Source: the human T2T-CHM13v2.0 reference genome, Homo sapiens
Direction: 5' to 3' (one strand)
DNA: 64,000 nt
Assembly (NCBI RefSeq): GCF_009914755.1
Contig: NC_060937.1
The translations under genes were made by a program, and so were the position numbers. The notes beneath the pieces were generated by a model. It saw only the letters and a list, made by a program, of their open reading frames with translations, had not been told where the DNA came from and ran no database searches. Each line of letters opens with the position of its first letter. Position 1 is the stretch's first letter. This document shows, piece after piece, positions 1 to 14,430 of the stretch.

Positions 1-637
1 AGAAAACCTCAGGTGTTCTTATCAGTGAAAACAATTTTAAGAATTTCTAAGCAAAATTATCTGTGTTCCATTTAGGTTGTTTAACTTTTATCAAAAACCG
101 CATATAAATGCAAAGACATACATAAATGACCATGTTGACTTATGATTTCAAGCCTTTGCTAAATCTTCCTTTAAGACCAAAATGTTACTTTTAAAAAAAA
201 AAAAGCACACAGATGCTTTCAAATTTGTTGTCATTGCAAGAAAAGTCTGAGATGTGTATTGAGCATTGGCATAAGCTTAGTTGGCTGGCATCAGAGTTAG
301 TAACAGGTGGCAGAGTAAGCAGTAAAATTGCAAAGGCAGAACTGTTTGCATTTCCTGCAATATCATATCAATCTTTTTCTAGTAAGTATAATTCTGGTCA
401 TTAGAATCATTATTTTGTTTTGTTTTTTAATGGAAGCCCAGAGACACAAGAATATTTATGTCTTATTGTTAATAACTTATAGAGAAGGTTTTTAATCTAT
501 TATATCAGAAATAGTAATGGTCACATTTGTGTATCCTATGGTGGCATACAATTCACTTCCTAGGCATCATTTTATTTTTTCCCACTCTAAGATGTGAATC
601 TGACATCCTTAAAGAATAAAATACTATATTATACTAG

Positions 638-1145
638 GGTTGGGAACAGGCCCCCAAATCTGGCCATAAACTGGCCCCCAACTGGCCATAAACAAAATCT
701 CTGTGGCACTGCGACATGCTCGTGATGGCCATGATGCCCATGCTGGAAGGTTGTGGGTTTACCAGAATGAGGGCAAGGAATACCTGGCCCACCCAGGGCG
801 GAAAACCACTTAAGGCGTTCCTAAACCACAAACAATAGCATAAGCAATCTGTGCCTTAAGGACATGCTCCTGATGCAGATAACTAGCCAGAGCCCGTCCC
901 TTTATTTCGGCCCATCCCTTTGTTTCCTGTAAGGAATACTTTTAGTTAATTGATAATCTATAGAAACAATGCTTATCACTGGCTTGCTGTCAATAAATAT
1001 GCAGGTAAATCTCTGTTTGAGGCTCTCAGTTCTGAAGGCTTAAACCCCTGATTTCCTACTCCATACCTCTATATTTCTGTGTGTGTGTCTTTAATTCCTC
1101 TAGTGCCACTGGGTTAGGGTCTCCACGACTGAGCTGGTCTTGGCA
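638..1145 (+). mobile_element. MER9 solo LTR (HERV-K9/HML-3, ERVK class)
   Basis: Runs (G)GTTGGGAACAGGCCCCCAAATCTGGCCATAAAC...GAGCTGGTCTTGGCA, matching MER9. AATAAA at 992-997. Perfect 6-bp TSD TACTAG at 632-637 and 1146-1151. Confidence 0.9.
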
Positions 1146-1230
1146 TACTAGCAACTTCTATCATCAACTAACCTTCTCATTGCTGTGTGCTTGATTTTTA
1201 AAAATATTGCATCATTTTCCCAATTTTATG

Positions 1231-1520
1231 GATTGATTGATTGATTGACACAGGGTCTCTTTCTTCCAGGCTGGAGTACGGTGGCACAATCATGGTTCGC
1301 TGTAACCTCAAACTCCTGGGCCCAAGCCATCCTCCCACCTCAGCCTCCTGAGTAGCTAGGACTACAGGTGTGTGTCACCACATCCAGTTAATTTTTGTAT
1401 TTTTGTATGAACAGGGTCTTGTCACATACCCCATCTGTTCTGAATTCCTGGCCTCAAGCAATCCTCACCTTTTAGCCTCCCAGCTCACTGAGATTATAGC
1501 ATGAGCCACCACATCAAGCT
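1231..1520 (-). mobile_element. AluJ-type SINE, diverged, with (GATT)n tail
   Basis: Reverse Alu dimer (CAGGCTGGAGT...CCTCAGCCTCCTGAGTAGCT...ATGAGCCACCAC) with J-type CTCCTGGGCCCAAGCCATCCTCCC. Confidence 0.85.
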
Positions 1521-1929
1521 TATTGAAATTCTATTAGTCCAAATTATTGCTGTTACAAACACGTAGAAAATATCTTCTACATAATATATTTGAAATTTTA
1601 TTTGGAACAATAATATATATGTTTGGATTATGACTTAAATGTGTTTAGAATTATTGCTTAAAATTTACATTGCTATTAAAATTAGAAATGCAAGAAAAAA
1701 GTTTTTGTAACAGCAGTATAATTAAAGTTAATGTTACATATTTATAAAAATGTAGATGTTTATTTTAAGTCTAATAGTAGAGAAAAAGAGTTATACATTG
1801 TGGTTATGAAAAGAGTATAGGTTTTGAATTTAGATAAAGTCTTCCTTTTATAATTCACTTATCTGTAAACCTTACCTGAATAAAGGAGGAAACCATAACT
1901 ACTGAACAAGGTAGTGAGGGGAATTACAT

Positions 1930-2206
1930 GGTTTCTTCTGAAGGCTGTGAGGGCAGCATCCATTCCAGGCTTGGCTTGTTGGTTTACACATAGTCATTTT
2001 CTCCTCCTTCTCCTCATCAGGTCTCCCTTCAATGTATATCTCTGTGTCCAAATTTCTCTTTTTATGAAAACACCAGTCATATTGGATTAAAGTCTACACT
2101 CATGACCTTATTTTAACCTGACCTCTGTAAAGACCCTGTCTACACATAAAATCACATTCTTAAGCGCAAGGAGTTAGGGCATCACCATATGAATTCAACC
2201 CATTAC
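1930..2206 (-). mobile_element. MLT1B/C-like MaLR LTR fragment
   Basis: GTGTCCAAATTT...CACCAGTCATATTGGATTA...AATTCAACCCATTACA is the reverse complement of the MLT1 5' end. Confidence 0.7.
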
Positions 2207-3554
2207 AGACAGAAACTGAAAAGCGCTTAACCCTGTTTAAGAAAATAAGATAAGAACTAATAATTGATATAAGGCGCATTTTAAGTTTGGATTCTGCATT
2301 AAGCATAACAACTTGGATTCCAGTTAGTTTTAGCTCCATTAATTAAGACAAATGGGTGCCTACTACAGTAAACTTAGCTATTGGAGTCATGCTGAAATTT
2401 GTTATAATCCATGTCTTCCTTTTTCTATTACCATTTTATTTTTTACCATCATTGTGATATATGTCTATTTTTCCTGTCTCTGCTCCTTATAAATCAATTG
2501 TATCTTGTAAGATTTTGAATTTTCTGGTGTGGAGAATAAATCTGAAATAAAATGAAATACTAGTATGTAATCTTTCATGAACATTTTGGCTCACATCCAT
2601 ATTATTGGTCTTAGTGACATCCAGTGGCCATGACGGGTCAATGTCAGGATTTCAGATCTTTCCAGAAATGTCTTTACTATGTAGTCCTCACCTAGAACAG
2701 AGGAAAAATAGTATATTCTTAAGCCATTGGTTAACATAGTTGTAATAAAATATCCCCTGGTCTTTTTTGATTCATAAATTGAACTACCTTTTAGATAAAA
2801 ATAAAGATTATTACACTTAGTTTTATTTTACTTCACTTTTGTCAATGACTTAGTGTCTCCCATCGCTTAAAAATATTTAATCTACAAAAGCTATTTAAAG
2901 AGAAGTTCTAAACAGACAGGATTTTATACCATTGAATAGTATTTTATTTTCACACATCTCTAAGTTAGAATATTTTACTAAAATAAAATGATCAAATATA
3001 CTAGTAATGGTATGTATTTTCCTAAACAATCAAAATTGTCCTGTCAGGTAATAACTTTAAATATCACGTATCTCATTAGAATGTAGTGAAGAAAGTTTGT
3101 GCTGAGACGTAATTATTAAGGTCTGACTACGCTTCAGGGGCTAAATTTGGAGAATGAAGAACCAGACTACTGCTTGGTTACAAAAAAAAAAAAGTTCACT
3201 AAATGTATGTTGCAAATGTTTGTGCCTTGAGGAAAGTTTAGTCCTTTTGGCTGAGTTTCAGATAATAACAACGCTGATCTGTATTATAGTGATAAGCTAC
3301 GAACTAACTACAAATAATGGTTACCTAGTAATTTGTAGTTTAAAAAGTCAATTATGCAAATTTGCACATACAAAAAACCTATGGGGAGTTGGGAAGTAAA
3401 TCTTTCTTTCTAACTAATAGCAAAGTAGCCCATATTCAATCTCTTTTGTTATATAGTACAAAGCTACAAACCTACAGAACAAGCCATAAGATACTCAGTG
3501 CATACTTGCCATGAATAGAATTTAGCAATATGATACAATTTCACTAGGAAATTT

Positions 3555-3618
3555 ATATACATATATGTACACACACACATATATGCATATATATATGTAT
3601 ACACACACACATATATAT
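3555..3618. repeat. Compound (TA)n/(CA)n microsatellite
   Basis: ATATACATATATGTACACACACAC repeated in two imperfect units. Confidence 0.85.
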
Positions 3619-4537
3619 AAGATCTTCAGTTGAGTATATCATTAAATGCTAGGCTCTAAGAGAGGTATAGAAATAGAGTGGAGGAAAAATGGCAATGGGT
3701 CACAGTAATTACTAAAAGCTTTAGGAGACAAGAGTACTATTCTTAAAATAACCATAGGGCTTTGGTTATTGAGGAAAGGGAGAAAGGAAGCAGCTGAATT
3801 TAGGGAAGGGGATGTGGGTAAAACCTGGAAGTGAGGCACAGCTTGTGGGGATGGCCAGGGAAATATTCCGACCACATGTGCAGCTGTTTTGGGAGGAGCA
3901 GGATGCTTGACAAACAAGTGAGGGCACCAGTTGATTTGTGCCTTGACCAAAGTCTGACTGCCAAGAGGAACAAGAAGTCTTGTGGATTTTTAAAGAACAA
4001 TGACATGATACAAGCAGCATGGAAGAAAAAAAGTTTATGAGTCAAAACAAAGATGCATTGTGTTCCTCATAAGGTGAACATTAGAGGAAGCCAAGCACAA
4101 TCTCGTGAAAGCTTAGACGTTGGAAAGAAAGGAAGATTCAGAGTCTCCAAAGCACTAAATGAGTTTGGTGATTTGCAGCCTGTGGAAGGTACAGGTCAAC
4201 AATAACTCAACAAGCCATCCAAGATATTGATTCTGTGAATGTTGCTGCTTTTGAAAGAAAAGGGGAGAGAAGATGGGAAGGGAATTTTTTTTTCTTTTTC
4301 TTTCTATTTTTTTTTTTTTTTTTTTTTTTTGTAGAAAGAAACAAAGCTTGGGCATATGCAAAGGAAAAGTCCTGTAGGAACTAGAAGTGTTAAAAATTGG
4401 AGCCAAAGGTGAGAATGACAGCCAAAAGACTAGACAAGACAGTAATGACTCCAAAGGAATAATATAACATGGAAACCAAAGATTAAGCTTGGGCCAAAAA
4501 TGAGGTAGGGAGAGGAATGGTTAAGAATTGGAGAAGA

Positions 4538-4907
<370 letters not shown>

Positions 4908-5156
4908 TCAGAGGTCAAGAAAATCATATTTTTTAATAGAAAGGCAAATAGATACAATCGCAGTAGAGAAATCAATGAGAATCAACACAGGCCTTCAATT
5001 CAGTTGGGGCAGGAAGAGATGAAGGAGATGGAGTCTGCTGTAATTAACTTCAGAGGAAGTGTTTTCATGGAATGATTGGGTCCCATCCAATTTTCCGAAA
5101 ATTGAGGGGGAAAGATGTTATTGAGGAAATTTATGAACTTAATTGAATAAGACCTT

Positions 5157-5588
5157 TATATTAGGCTGTTCTTGTATTACAATAAATACCTGAGACTGGG
5201 TAATTTATTTTTAAAAGAGGTTTAAAGGTCTCACAGTTCTACAGGCTGTACAAGCATGGCACCAACATCACTCCGCTTCTGGGGACGACTCAGGGAGCCT
5301 TTACTCATGGGGGAAGGTGAATCAGGGGGAGTAATCTGTCACATGGCAAAAGCGGGAGAAAGAAGTAGTGGTAAGGGGGTAGATGCCACACACTTTTAAA
5401 CAACCAGATCTCGTGAGAGAGAACTCACTCACTATCGTGAGGACTGCATCAAGAGGGTGGTGGTAAACCATTCATGAGTGATCCGCCCCTATGATCCAAT
5501 CACCTCCCCCCACCAGGTTCACCCTCCAACACTAGGGATTACATATCAACGTGAGATTTGGGTGGGGACATGCATGCAAACCATATCA
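5157..5588 (-). mobile_element. MSTA MaLR solo LTR
   Basis: TATTAGGCTGTTCTTG...GAGATTTGGGTGGGGACA...AAACCATATCA is the reverse of MSTA. Confidence 0.85.
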
Positions 5589-6647
5589 ACTGTTCATTCA
5601 AAGACCCTAATTAATAAGAGAAATGAAATAATATTGGGAAAGGAAAGCAGGATGAAGCAAAAATGTCACTTTAATCGAGAAAACTGAGGCATTTTTCAAA
5701 GCCAGGAGAAATCCCAATAGGGAAAATAGGAAGATTAACTTAAAAGGGATGGCAGTGAAGACAGAAGTCAAGTAAGTTCCTTTATACATGTGAAGAGATG
5801 AGAGCAAAGGAACATCAGACATTCTTTTGCAACATCCGACTTTAACTTTCGAGAGACGATATATCTTGCTCTGAGATGTGAGAGAAGAATAAATATAGAT
5901 ATAGGAACAGATAAATTGAATTAAAGATGAGAGAACTAATGGGATTGGGGGCTTTAAGCCCCCAGGGAGAATGGTTTTATTTCTTTAAGAAATAAAACAC
6001 AGCCTGAAAAGTTTCCATGGAAAATGATCCAAGAAGTCAACGAGGATAAATAGAAGGAGTGGTGAGCAGGAGACCCTGGCCAAACTGAAATTGTACAGCA
6101 GGCTCTCGCAGGGCACCAGCTGCACTAAGCCACACAACTTTCTCCAGCAGCATTCTGCAGTCTGTGAGCAGAAGGCTCACCGTGGAGCAATCCAAGGCTA
6201 GAGATGGGAGGGTCCTCAAGAGAGTCCAAAATACTGGCAAGAGGAGCACAGAGGCAGCTGACCACTTACTACAAGGTGAAAAGGACTCAAGTTTGGTCCA
6301 ACGAGAGAAGACTGATCTTAGCAAAGAGGGCTGGCATGAGTAACGTTGCATTCCGCAGTCAACAGAGAAAACATGTTTTCAGAGTTAAGGGGGAGGCAGA
6401 GAAAAGAAATGGTGCAAAAGAGCTGAATTTCAGTGTGATTGGGAGCAATATTTTATGTTAGGGGCTTAGTTCCATGTGTGGCTGAGGTGACTTGGCAATA
6501 TTAAGCATGAGGTCAAGGGATCTGATAAGTGGAGAACTTGGATGTTTAAAAGTGTCATTTTGGATGAGAGAATGAAACAGTGGACAGACAGGCCAAAAGC
6601 TGGAGTCTGGGATCTGGGGACGTGATTTCTTTTTTTTTCCCTTACAG

Positions 6648-6973
6648 CAGAGGTTCCAAAAGCATGGGTTTTGGATCAGCAGCATCTATAAGTGTGATAG
6701 ATCTGCAACTTGAGGGGGCTGATTTCTGCATCAGAAACTCTGAGGCGAAGGCTTATCAATCCATGTTTTTTAAAAAACATTTATTTGTTTTAAAAATGTT
6801 CTTAAAAAACATTATTTTTACCGTATTTATTTAAGGTGTACAGCATGATGCTTTGATACATGCATATGTATCGTAATGATTACCACAGTCAAAAAATTAA
6901 CATTCCCATCACCTGCTCATGTTTAACAAGTCCTTCAGGTGACTGGGTGCACACTTAAGTTTAAGAACAACTT
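6648..6973 (+). mobile_element. MER5A (hAT-Charlie MITE) split by a ~150-bp minus-strand L1MA-type 3' end (6769-6917)
   Basis: CAGAGGTTCCAAAAGC...CAGCAGCATC...ATCAGAAACTCTG, then TTTAACAAGTCCTTCAGGTGA...AAGTTTAAGAAC. The insert is flanked by CATGTTT at 6762-6768 and 6918-6924. Confidence 0.75.
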
Positions 6974-7559
6974 TCTTAGAGAACAGAGCAAGGAGAATGG
7001 AAAGATTAGAGAAGGGCCTCACCTGTTAAGAAATAAAGACAGCAAGGCTTGATCAGCATTCTGATATAATCAGCATGGATAATAATAATAACCAAGCAAT
7101 ACATTTTTATTTAACACTTTTGCATTTTATAAGACTCTTTCAAATATATTCTACAATTTAAGGCAGATGGGGACTTTATTCCATGGAGTTAGGATTGTAA
7201 TCGAGGATGAAACTCTTGGAGTTAAGGATTATCTCGAAAACAGCATTTTCTGAGGAGAGCGGTGTTTTTCAGATGATATAATGGAATGGTGTGAAATTAT
7301 TTTTAAGCAAAGGGGAGTTTTGCCTAAGTTTAAAATGCTATTCCACAGGGCACAATGTATAAGGTCAGCAAGAGGAAAGACCTAAGGAAACTAAATGTTA
7401 TTGATGAAATGCCACAGATGAAAAGTTGGTTTCAGAACCAGTGAGTCATGGAGTATTTGGCTGAGGGGAGCAGTGGGTTGGGATGAGGTGGTGAGACCCA
7501 CTTTGGGTAGAGGAAGAGGAGAAGTTCTGAACTGTACGAACTGTATTTCATGGCACATG

Positions 7560-7760
7560 ACAATGGGCATTGGAGTTAAAACAAAGTTTGAAATCTAATA
7601 CCAACATATACCAGCCATGTGACTTTAAGGAAGTTACTTCTCTGGCACTCAGATTCCTTCATTATCAATTAAATATTTAAATTTCTATTTAATTGAGCTG
7701 GTATGAGAATGAAAAAAAAATGCTGTATATACCATCAGTACATTTAATAAATGTAAATGA
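7560..7760 (+). mobile_element. MIR
   Basis: Degenerate core CCATGTGACTTTAAGGAAGTTACTTCTCTGGCACTCAG and 3' TTAATAAATGT. Confidence 0.6.
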
Positions 7761-8211
7761 TTCACACACTTCCCTCTCCCTCTCTCCCACCCTCTCTCTC
7801 TCTCTTCTGAACTGTAAGTTCTTGTTAATTATATGAAGAACACAGAGATATGTTCAGCTATCATGAAGATAATTAATATATGTGGGTTTTTAAAATAGAT
7901 GCTATGGTGACAACTTTTGTGGAGCTAAGGCTAATTTTGGCTACTCAAAATAACAAGGAAAATTTCGAGCTCTCTATAACCTAACAAAAGCCACCTAGAA
8001 CGACAATGTGTTTTTTTAATAGAAGCCAGATTTGAAGCTTGTTTTTACCATTCATGTGACAAATCTGCCTGATAAGGCCCAGGCTGCTCTCTACATTGAA
8101 GATGAGGTGAGCAGGCAGACTAGGCCTCCACTCTCGCAGACCTCAAGTTCACATGCAGAAAACCAATTCTAATTTTTAAATAAGTATGATAATTACATTT
8201 TTCCATGAATT

Positions 8212-8550
<339 letters not shown>

Positions 8551-8609
8551 TAGGATGTCTGGAGGACATGGCACTTAAATTAAAAAGGTGATGATAGGAC
8601 TTAGAACAT

Positions 8610-8840
8610 AAAAATATTTACATTTAATTATATTAAATTATCTTAAATATAATTAAATTATAATTTATATTATAAATCTGATTTATAATATAAATTATTT
8701 TATGTATAACAAACTATTATCATATTATTCATAGAATTAATATATTATAATAATATATGTAACTATTATATATTATTAATTTAGAATTTGAATTATAATA
8801 ATTTAATTTATAATAATATAGAAAATATTTATAAATTGCC
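8610..8840. repeat. AT-rich low-complexity tract
   Basis: About 230 bp of almost pure A/T (TATA/TAAT motifs). Confidence 0.85.
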
Positions 8841-9229
8841 TTAAAAGTTTCTCAAATTCTATTTATCTCAGCTACTTTAATTCCCACATCAGTTTCTATA
8901 TTTGAGAAATGATAAAGTGGAATAGGTCAATTCTAAAGTCTCTGGCAGCTCAAAATCTTCATAATTCTATGTATTATTTTCATATAATATACCATAAGAA
9001 AAAACTAAAGTTTATGGTCACTTACTAAACTAATCATTTCAGACATAGGACTTCTCAAATGATCAGCAAATAAAAACTTCTCCAGGAGATTATTTTATGA
9101 TTTTTATCAGATGAGCTTAGCAAAATCAATCAGAGAACATAAATATTAGTAAGTGAGTAATTGTATATCTACTTTGTGGACATATGCAAATTTGACTGAT
9201 AGATTTATCCTGCTATAGAGAAGGCTTAA

Positions 9230-9562
<333 letters not shown>

Positions 9563-10339
9563 TGTACCTGCTTTTCAACGATAATTTTATGACAAATAAT
9601 AGGAATGTTTACTGTTTATAGAAAGGAATGTGAAATTTTAAGAAATGCATGCAAAATTTAAGGATGCTACGTTTTAACAATATTGAAAATAAATGGTTTC
9701 AAGAAGAAGAGTAAATGATAAGTGTAATTCACATTACAAATATGAGGTTGCTTTGTGATTTGCTAGGAGCAAACTTTTAGCACATATATTCTGAAGAATC
9801 ATGACAAGTTAGACATGTTATAATTTCCTGGTAATCACTGTATGAAAAAATACCACTCGTTGTTAGATGATTTACATAAAAATAAATTCACAGTGTCATT
9901 TGAATTTATTTAATTATTTAAATACTAGGCTAAATATATTCTTTAGAGAAATCTTTGTAAAATTGTATTTTTGTTAGTAATTAAAAGTATTAGTAATGTT
10001 TATTACTGTCTCTACTCTACACTCAACTGAAGTCCTCAGTAATTCCCAGTGACTGCCATGATGGGATCTGACAATATCTGACAATGCCTGAGAGGCTTAG
10101 GCTTCAACATACATTCAGTTAGGAATGAGGAAATACATAGAGGACTTCACATTCACCTAAGGTTAGATATTTGATTTAAATAATTCTTTGCCTGTGGAAT
10201 ATAGACACACTACCTATGTGGTCAATTAGCACATCTGTTATGATATTTATCTCAAACATATTTCAAAGTTTGTTTAATTACAAAGGCAGTGCCTTAATTT
10301 AAAAAAACTCAATGCATTCAGTGTGCATTGTAAAAAGTA

Positions 10340-10619
<280 letters not shown>

Positions 10620-10798
10620 TCATAGATTATCACACATATACTATAGATTACACTTCAGTGTAAAACCTTCCAGATATTTTGCTATGTTTATATATGTACA
10701 CACACACACACAGAAAGATATCTATGTCAGTTGCCTAATATTCACATAATATTCACATTTTCTTATCAATGACTTTTCATCTTAACTAACATGCAGGG

Positions 10799-11104
10799 TT
10801 TTGTTTTGTTTTGTTTTCTGAGACAAGAGTCTTGCTCTATTGCCCAGGCTGGAGTGCAGCGACACCATCTTGGGTCACTGCAACCTCTCCTTTCCCAGGT
10901 TCAAGCGATTCTCCCGTCTCAGCTTCTCAAGTAGCTGAGATTACAGGTGTTCGCCACAACGACCAGCTAATTATTTTACTTTTAAGTAGAGATAGGGTTT
11001 TGCCACGTTGGCCAGGCTGGTCTCAAACTCCTGACCTCAAGTGATCTGCCCACCTTGACTTCTCAAAGTGCTGGGATTACAAGAGAGAGGCAACATGCCA
11101 GGCC
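10799..11104 (-). mobile_element. AluS (Sx/Sz-like)
   Basis: Reverse dimer with (TTTTG)n tail and degenerate CTAACAT flanks. Confidence 0.9.
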
Positions 11105-11217
11105 CTAACATATAGTTTATATTCTAACTTTTCTAATTGTCCTAGAAATGCCCGTTAGGGTTGGCTTATCCAAGCCAGGACACATATTGCGTCTATTTTT
11201 TATAGTCCTGGAGCCCC

Positions 11218-11541
<324 letters not shown>

Positions 11542-12049
11542 TCCTCTTCTTTTTAAATCTATTAACACCTTCACCTTCTTTTTATATTTCCTTTTATGGC
11601 ATTGAGTTGTTGAAGAGACCTTGGCAGTTATATTGAAGAATATTCTACCTTCTAAGGATATGCCCCAAAGTAATTTAGCTTGTTCTTTTTTCCCAAATTT
11701 AATTCTAAATGGTTATTTGATTAAGAATATGTCATAGATGCAGTACACATTATCACATCAGAGGACATCTAGATAACTCACCATTAATGATGCCACTGAA
11801 TTTAGCTCATGACAGTCTGATTCCCTGAAATATGGCTACTTATACCCCTTGGGACAGGAAAGTGATCTCTGTTGTTTTACTTTGGCTTCTTTCAAATCAA
11901 AACTCATTTTCTATCAAAACTGGTTTTCTATCAAAACTAATAGTCTTTACACAAATTGATCATCCTTAGCAGAGTTGGTGTTTAACTAGGAATTGAAAAT
12001 TGCTGCTTTTTTAATGCTTTTAATTTAGAATGTAAAATTAAATAGAGTT

Positions 12050-12192
12050 ATCATGGTTATCACTTATAGAGTACTTACAAAATGTCAGGGTTTGTACAAC
12101 AGGCTAAGTAAGTACTGAGTCATTTAAACCTCATAGAAATCATATGAGGTAGGTAATATTTTGCTCATGTAGCCGATGAGGAAACTGAGACT
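12050..12192 (-). mobile_element. MIR, first part; resumes at ~13332-13347 and 13544-13615 after two L1 insertions
   Basis: ATGAGGTAGGTAATATT...GATGAGGAAACTGAGACT core. Continuation GGATCCAAACCCACTGTTTATCTGACTGCAAAG. Confidence 0.7.
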
Positions 12193-12214
12193 ATTACAAT
12201 AAGACTATCACAGA

Positions 12215-13331
12215 AGTTAAAATGCAAACAACACAATAGCAGGAAAACAAATAACCTGATTTTTTTAATGGGCAAAGGATCTGAATAGACATTATTAAAA
12301 CATTTTCAACATCACTAATCATGGAAGAAATGCAAATTAAACCACAGTGAGATACCAGTTCACAACTGCCAGAGTGGCTAATTTTAGAAAGATAAAAGAC
12401 AAGTGCTGGCAAGGATGTGGAGAAAAGGGAAGCCTTGTACTCTGTTAGTGGGAATGTAAATTAGTGCAGTCATTATGGAAAACAGTATGTAGGTTTCTCA
12501 AAAACTAAAAATAGAGCTACCATATGATCCAGCAATGCCACTTCTGAGTATATATCCAAAAGAAATAAATTCAGTATATCAAAGGGATATCTGCACCCCC
12601 ATATCCATTGAAGCATTGTTTACAATAGCCAAAATATGAAATCAACCCAAGTGTTCATCAACATATGAATGGATAAAGAAAATCTAGTGTATATACACAA
12701 TGGAATACTATTCAGCCCTAAAGAAGAAGAAAATGTTAAACTGTTTCACTATAGTAACCATTACACTATCTACATATGTCTGTGTATCTATATGCATCAA
12801 ATAACATCATGCTATAAAGTTCAAATACATGCAATAATTTTTTTTTAGAAAGAGAATAAAATTCTGTCATTTGCAACAACATGGGTGAACATGGAAAACA
12901 TTAAGTGAAATAAGCTAGGCACAGAAAAATCAATACTGCTTGATCTCACTTATACGTGAATTTTTTCTTAGAAGTCGACATAGAACCAAAGAGTAGAATG
13001 GTGGTTATTAGAGACTGGGGAGAAGGGTGCAGGAGAGGGATTGGGAAGATGTTGATTGAAGAGTACAAAGTTTCGGTTAGTCGGGAGGAATAAGTTTTCA
13101 AGATCCATTGCATAACATAGTGATCATAGTTTATAATAATATATTGTACATTTCAAAATTGCTATGAGTAGATTTTAAATATTCTCACTACCAAAAAAAT
13201 AAGTATGTGAAATGTTGGATATGTTAATTAGCTTGATGTCATTCTTTCAAAATATATACATATGTCAAAATTTCACATTGTACCCCATAAATATATACAA
13301 TTATTTTTCATGAATTTAAAATTTAAATTAA
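12215..13331 (+). mobile_element. L1MA6/7-like 3' end with a nested ~110-bp L1MA5-like 3' end (~12735-12848)
   Basis: ORF2 C-terminal and 3'UTR text ending CACATTGTACCCCATAAATATATACAATT. Internal CACTATAGTAACCATT...AACATCATG block from a different 3' end. Confidence 0.8.
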
Positions 13332-13353
13332 AGCAGTTAAGAAATGTTTTCTT

Positions 13354-13537
13354 TTTTTCCTTTTTATTTATTTATTTATTTATTTTTATTATTATACTTT
13401 AAGTTTTAGGGTACATGTGCACATTGTGCAGGTTAGTTACATATGTATACATGTGCCATGCTGGTGTGCTGCACCCACTAACTCGTCATCTAGCATTAGG
13501 TATATCTCCCACTGCTATCCCTCCCCCCTCCCCCCAC
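13354..13537 (-). mobile_element. Short 5'-truncated L1PA2 3' end
   Basis: Sense strand GCTAGATGACGAGTTAGTGGGTGCAGC...GTAACTAACCTGCACAATGTGCAC (GAG diagnostic, not Ta ACA). Short TSD TTTCTT at 13348-13353 and 13538-13543. Confidence 0.85.
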
Positions 13538-14430
13538 TTTCTTATTCACATTTCATTAATGCTGGAAGTAGGATCCAAACCCACTGTTTATCTGACTGCA
13601 AAGACTATGATATTTACTAGTAAGTGATATCACTTCCCAAGCTACAAATATTTTATGTTTCATTTAAAAATGATATTAATAATAATAATGTTAAAAATGA
13701 CATCAATTAAATATAACCATGAATTTCCAGAAAATAGCCTACTCTATCAAATGGAAGTAGTTTAAGCTTACATATCTCAGCCTTCTGCCTCTCATTCTCA
13801 TTCTTTAGCACTCAGTTTCTAAAATCTCTTTGGTTAAATTTAATAATTTTAGCTTCTTTTTAAAATTTAAAATTGGGTTAGGGTAGAGGACAGAAGAAAT
13901 ATTAGCTACCTTGTGAGAAAATCTTTGTTTGATTTTGTTCCCTCTTGATAAGCAATGAACACCGACTTGTGACAAAATCAAATAACTGCTTGGGGAGTGT
14001 ATTCATTTCCCTATGGTTTCCTGGAAAATCTTCCTATTTGCCTCATTCATTTGAATATAGAATGTTAAAGGATTTTATTATTCCCATGAAACCCCTTGAG
14101 GTTTGTTGACAATTTTTATGAAATATTGAGTAAGTACAAAATAACATTTATGATATAGGTGCAAGGCACAGTGAATACTTATTTAAAGAAAATACCTGCT
14201 CTTCTATCATTCAGTTTAAGAAAACTACAGTTATACCTCCCGTATGAACCTCTCCAGATGATGTCTTCCACTTCTCCCTGTACCAGAGATAGTTAGCCTT
14301 GTCAATTTTTGACATTATTAAACATTCTAACATTTTCCCATCTTATGTGTCAAATATTACCATATCATGATATTGTTAGTGAGGTACTCATGATATGATA
14401 TGTTGGTTTTTTTTTCCAGGAAGGAAGGGC

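Noticed and set aside
11897-11940. 17-bp tandem repeat; similar small duplications at ~26905-26955 and ~57575-57620
   Set aside because: Ordinary slippage duplications with no spacer structure; not CRISPR-like.
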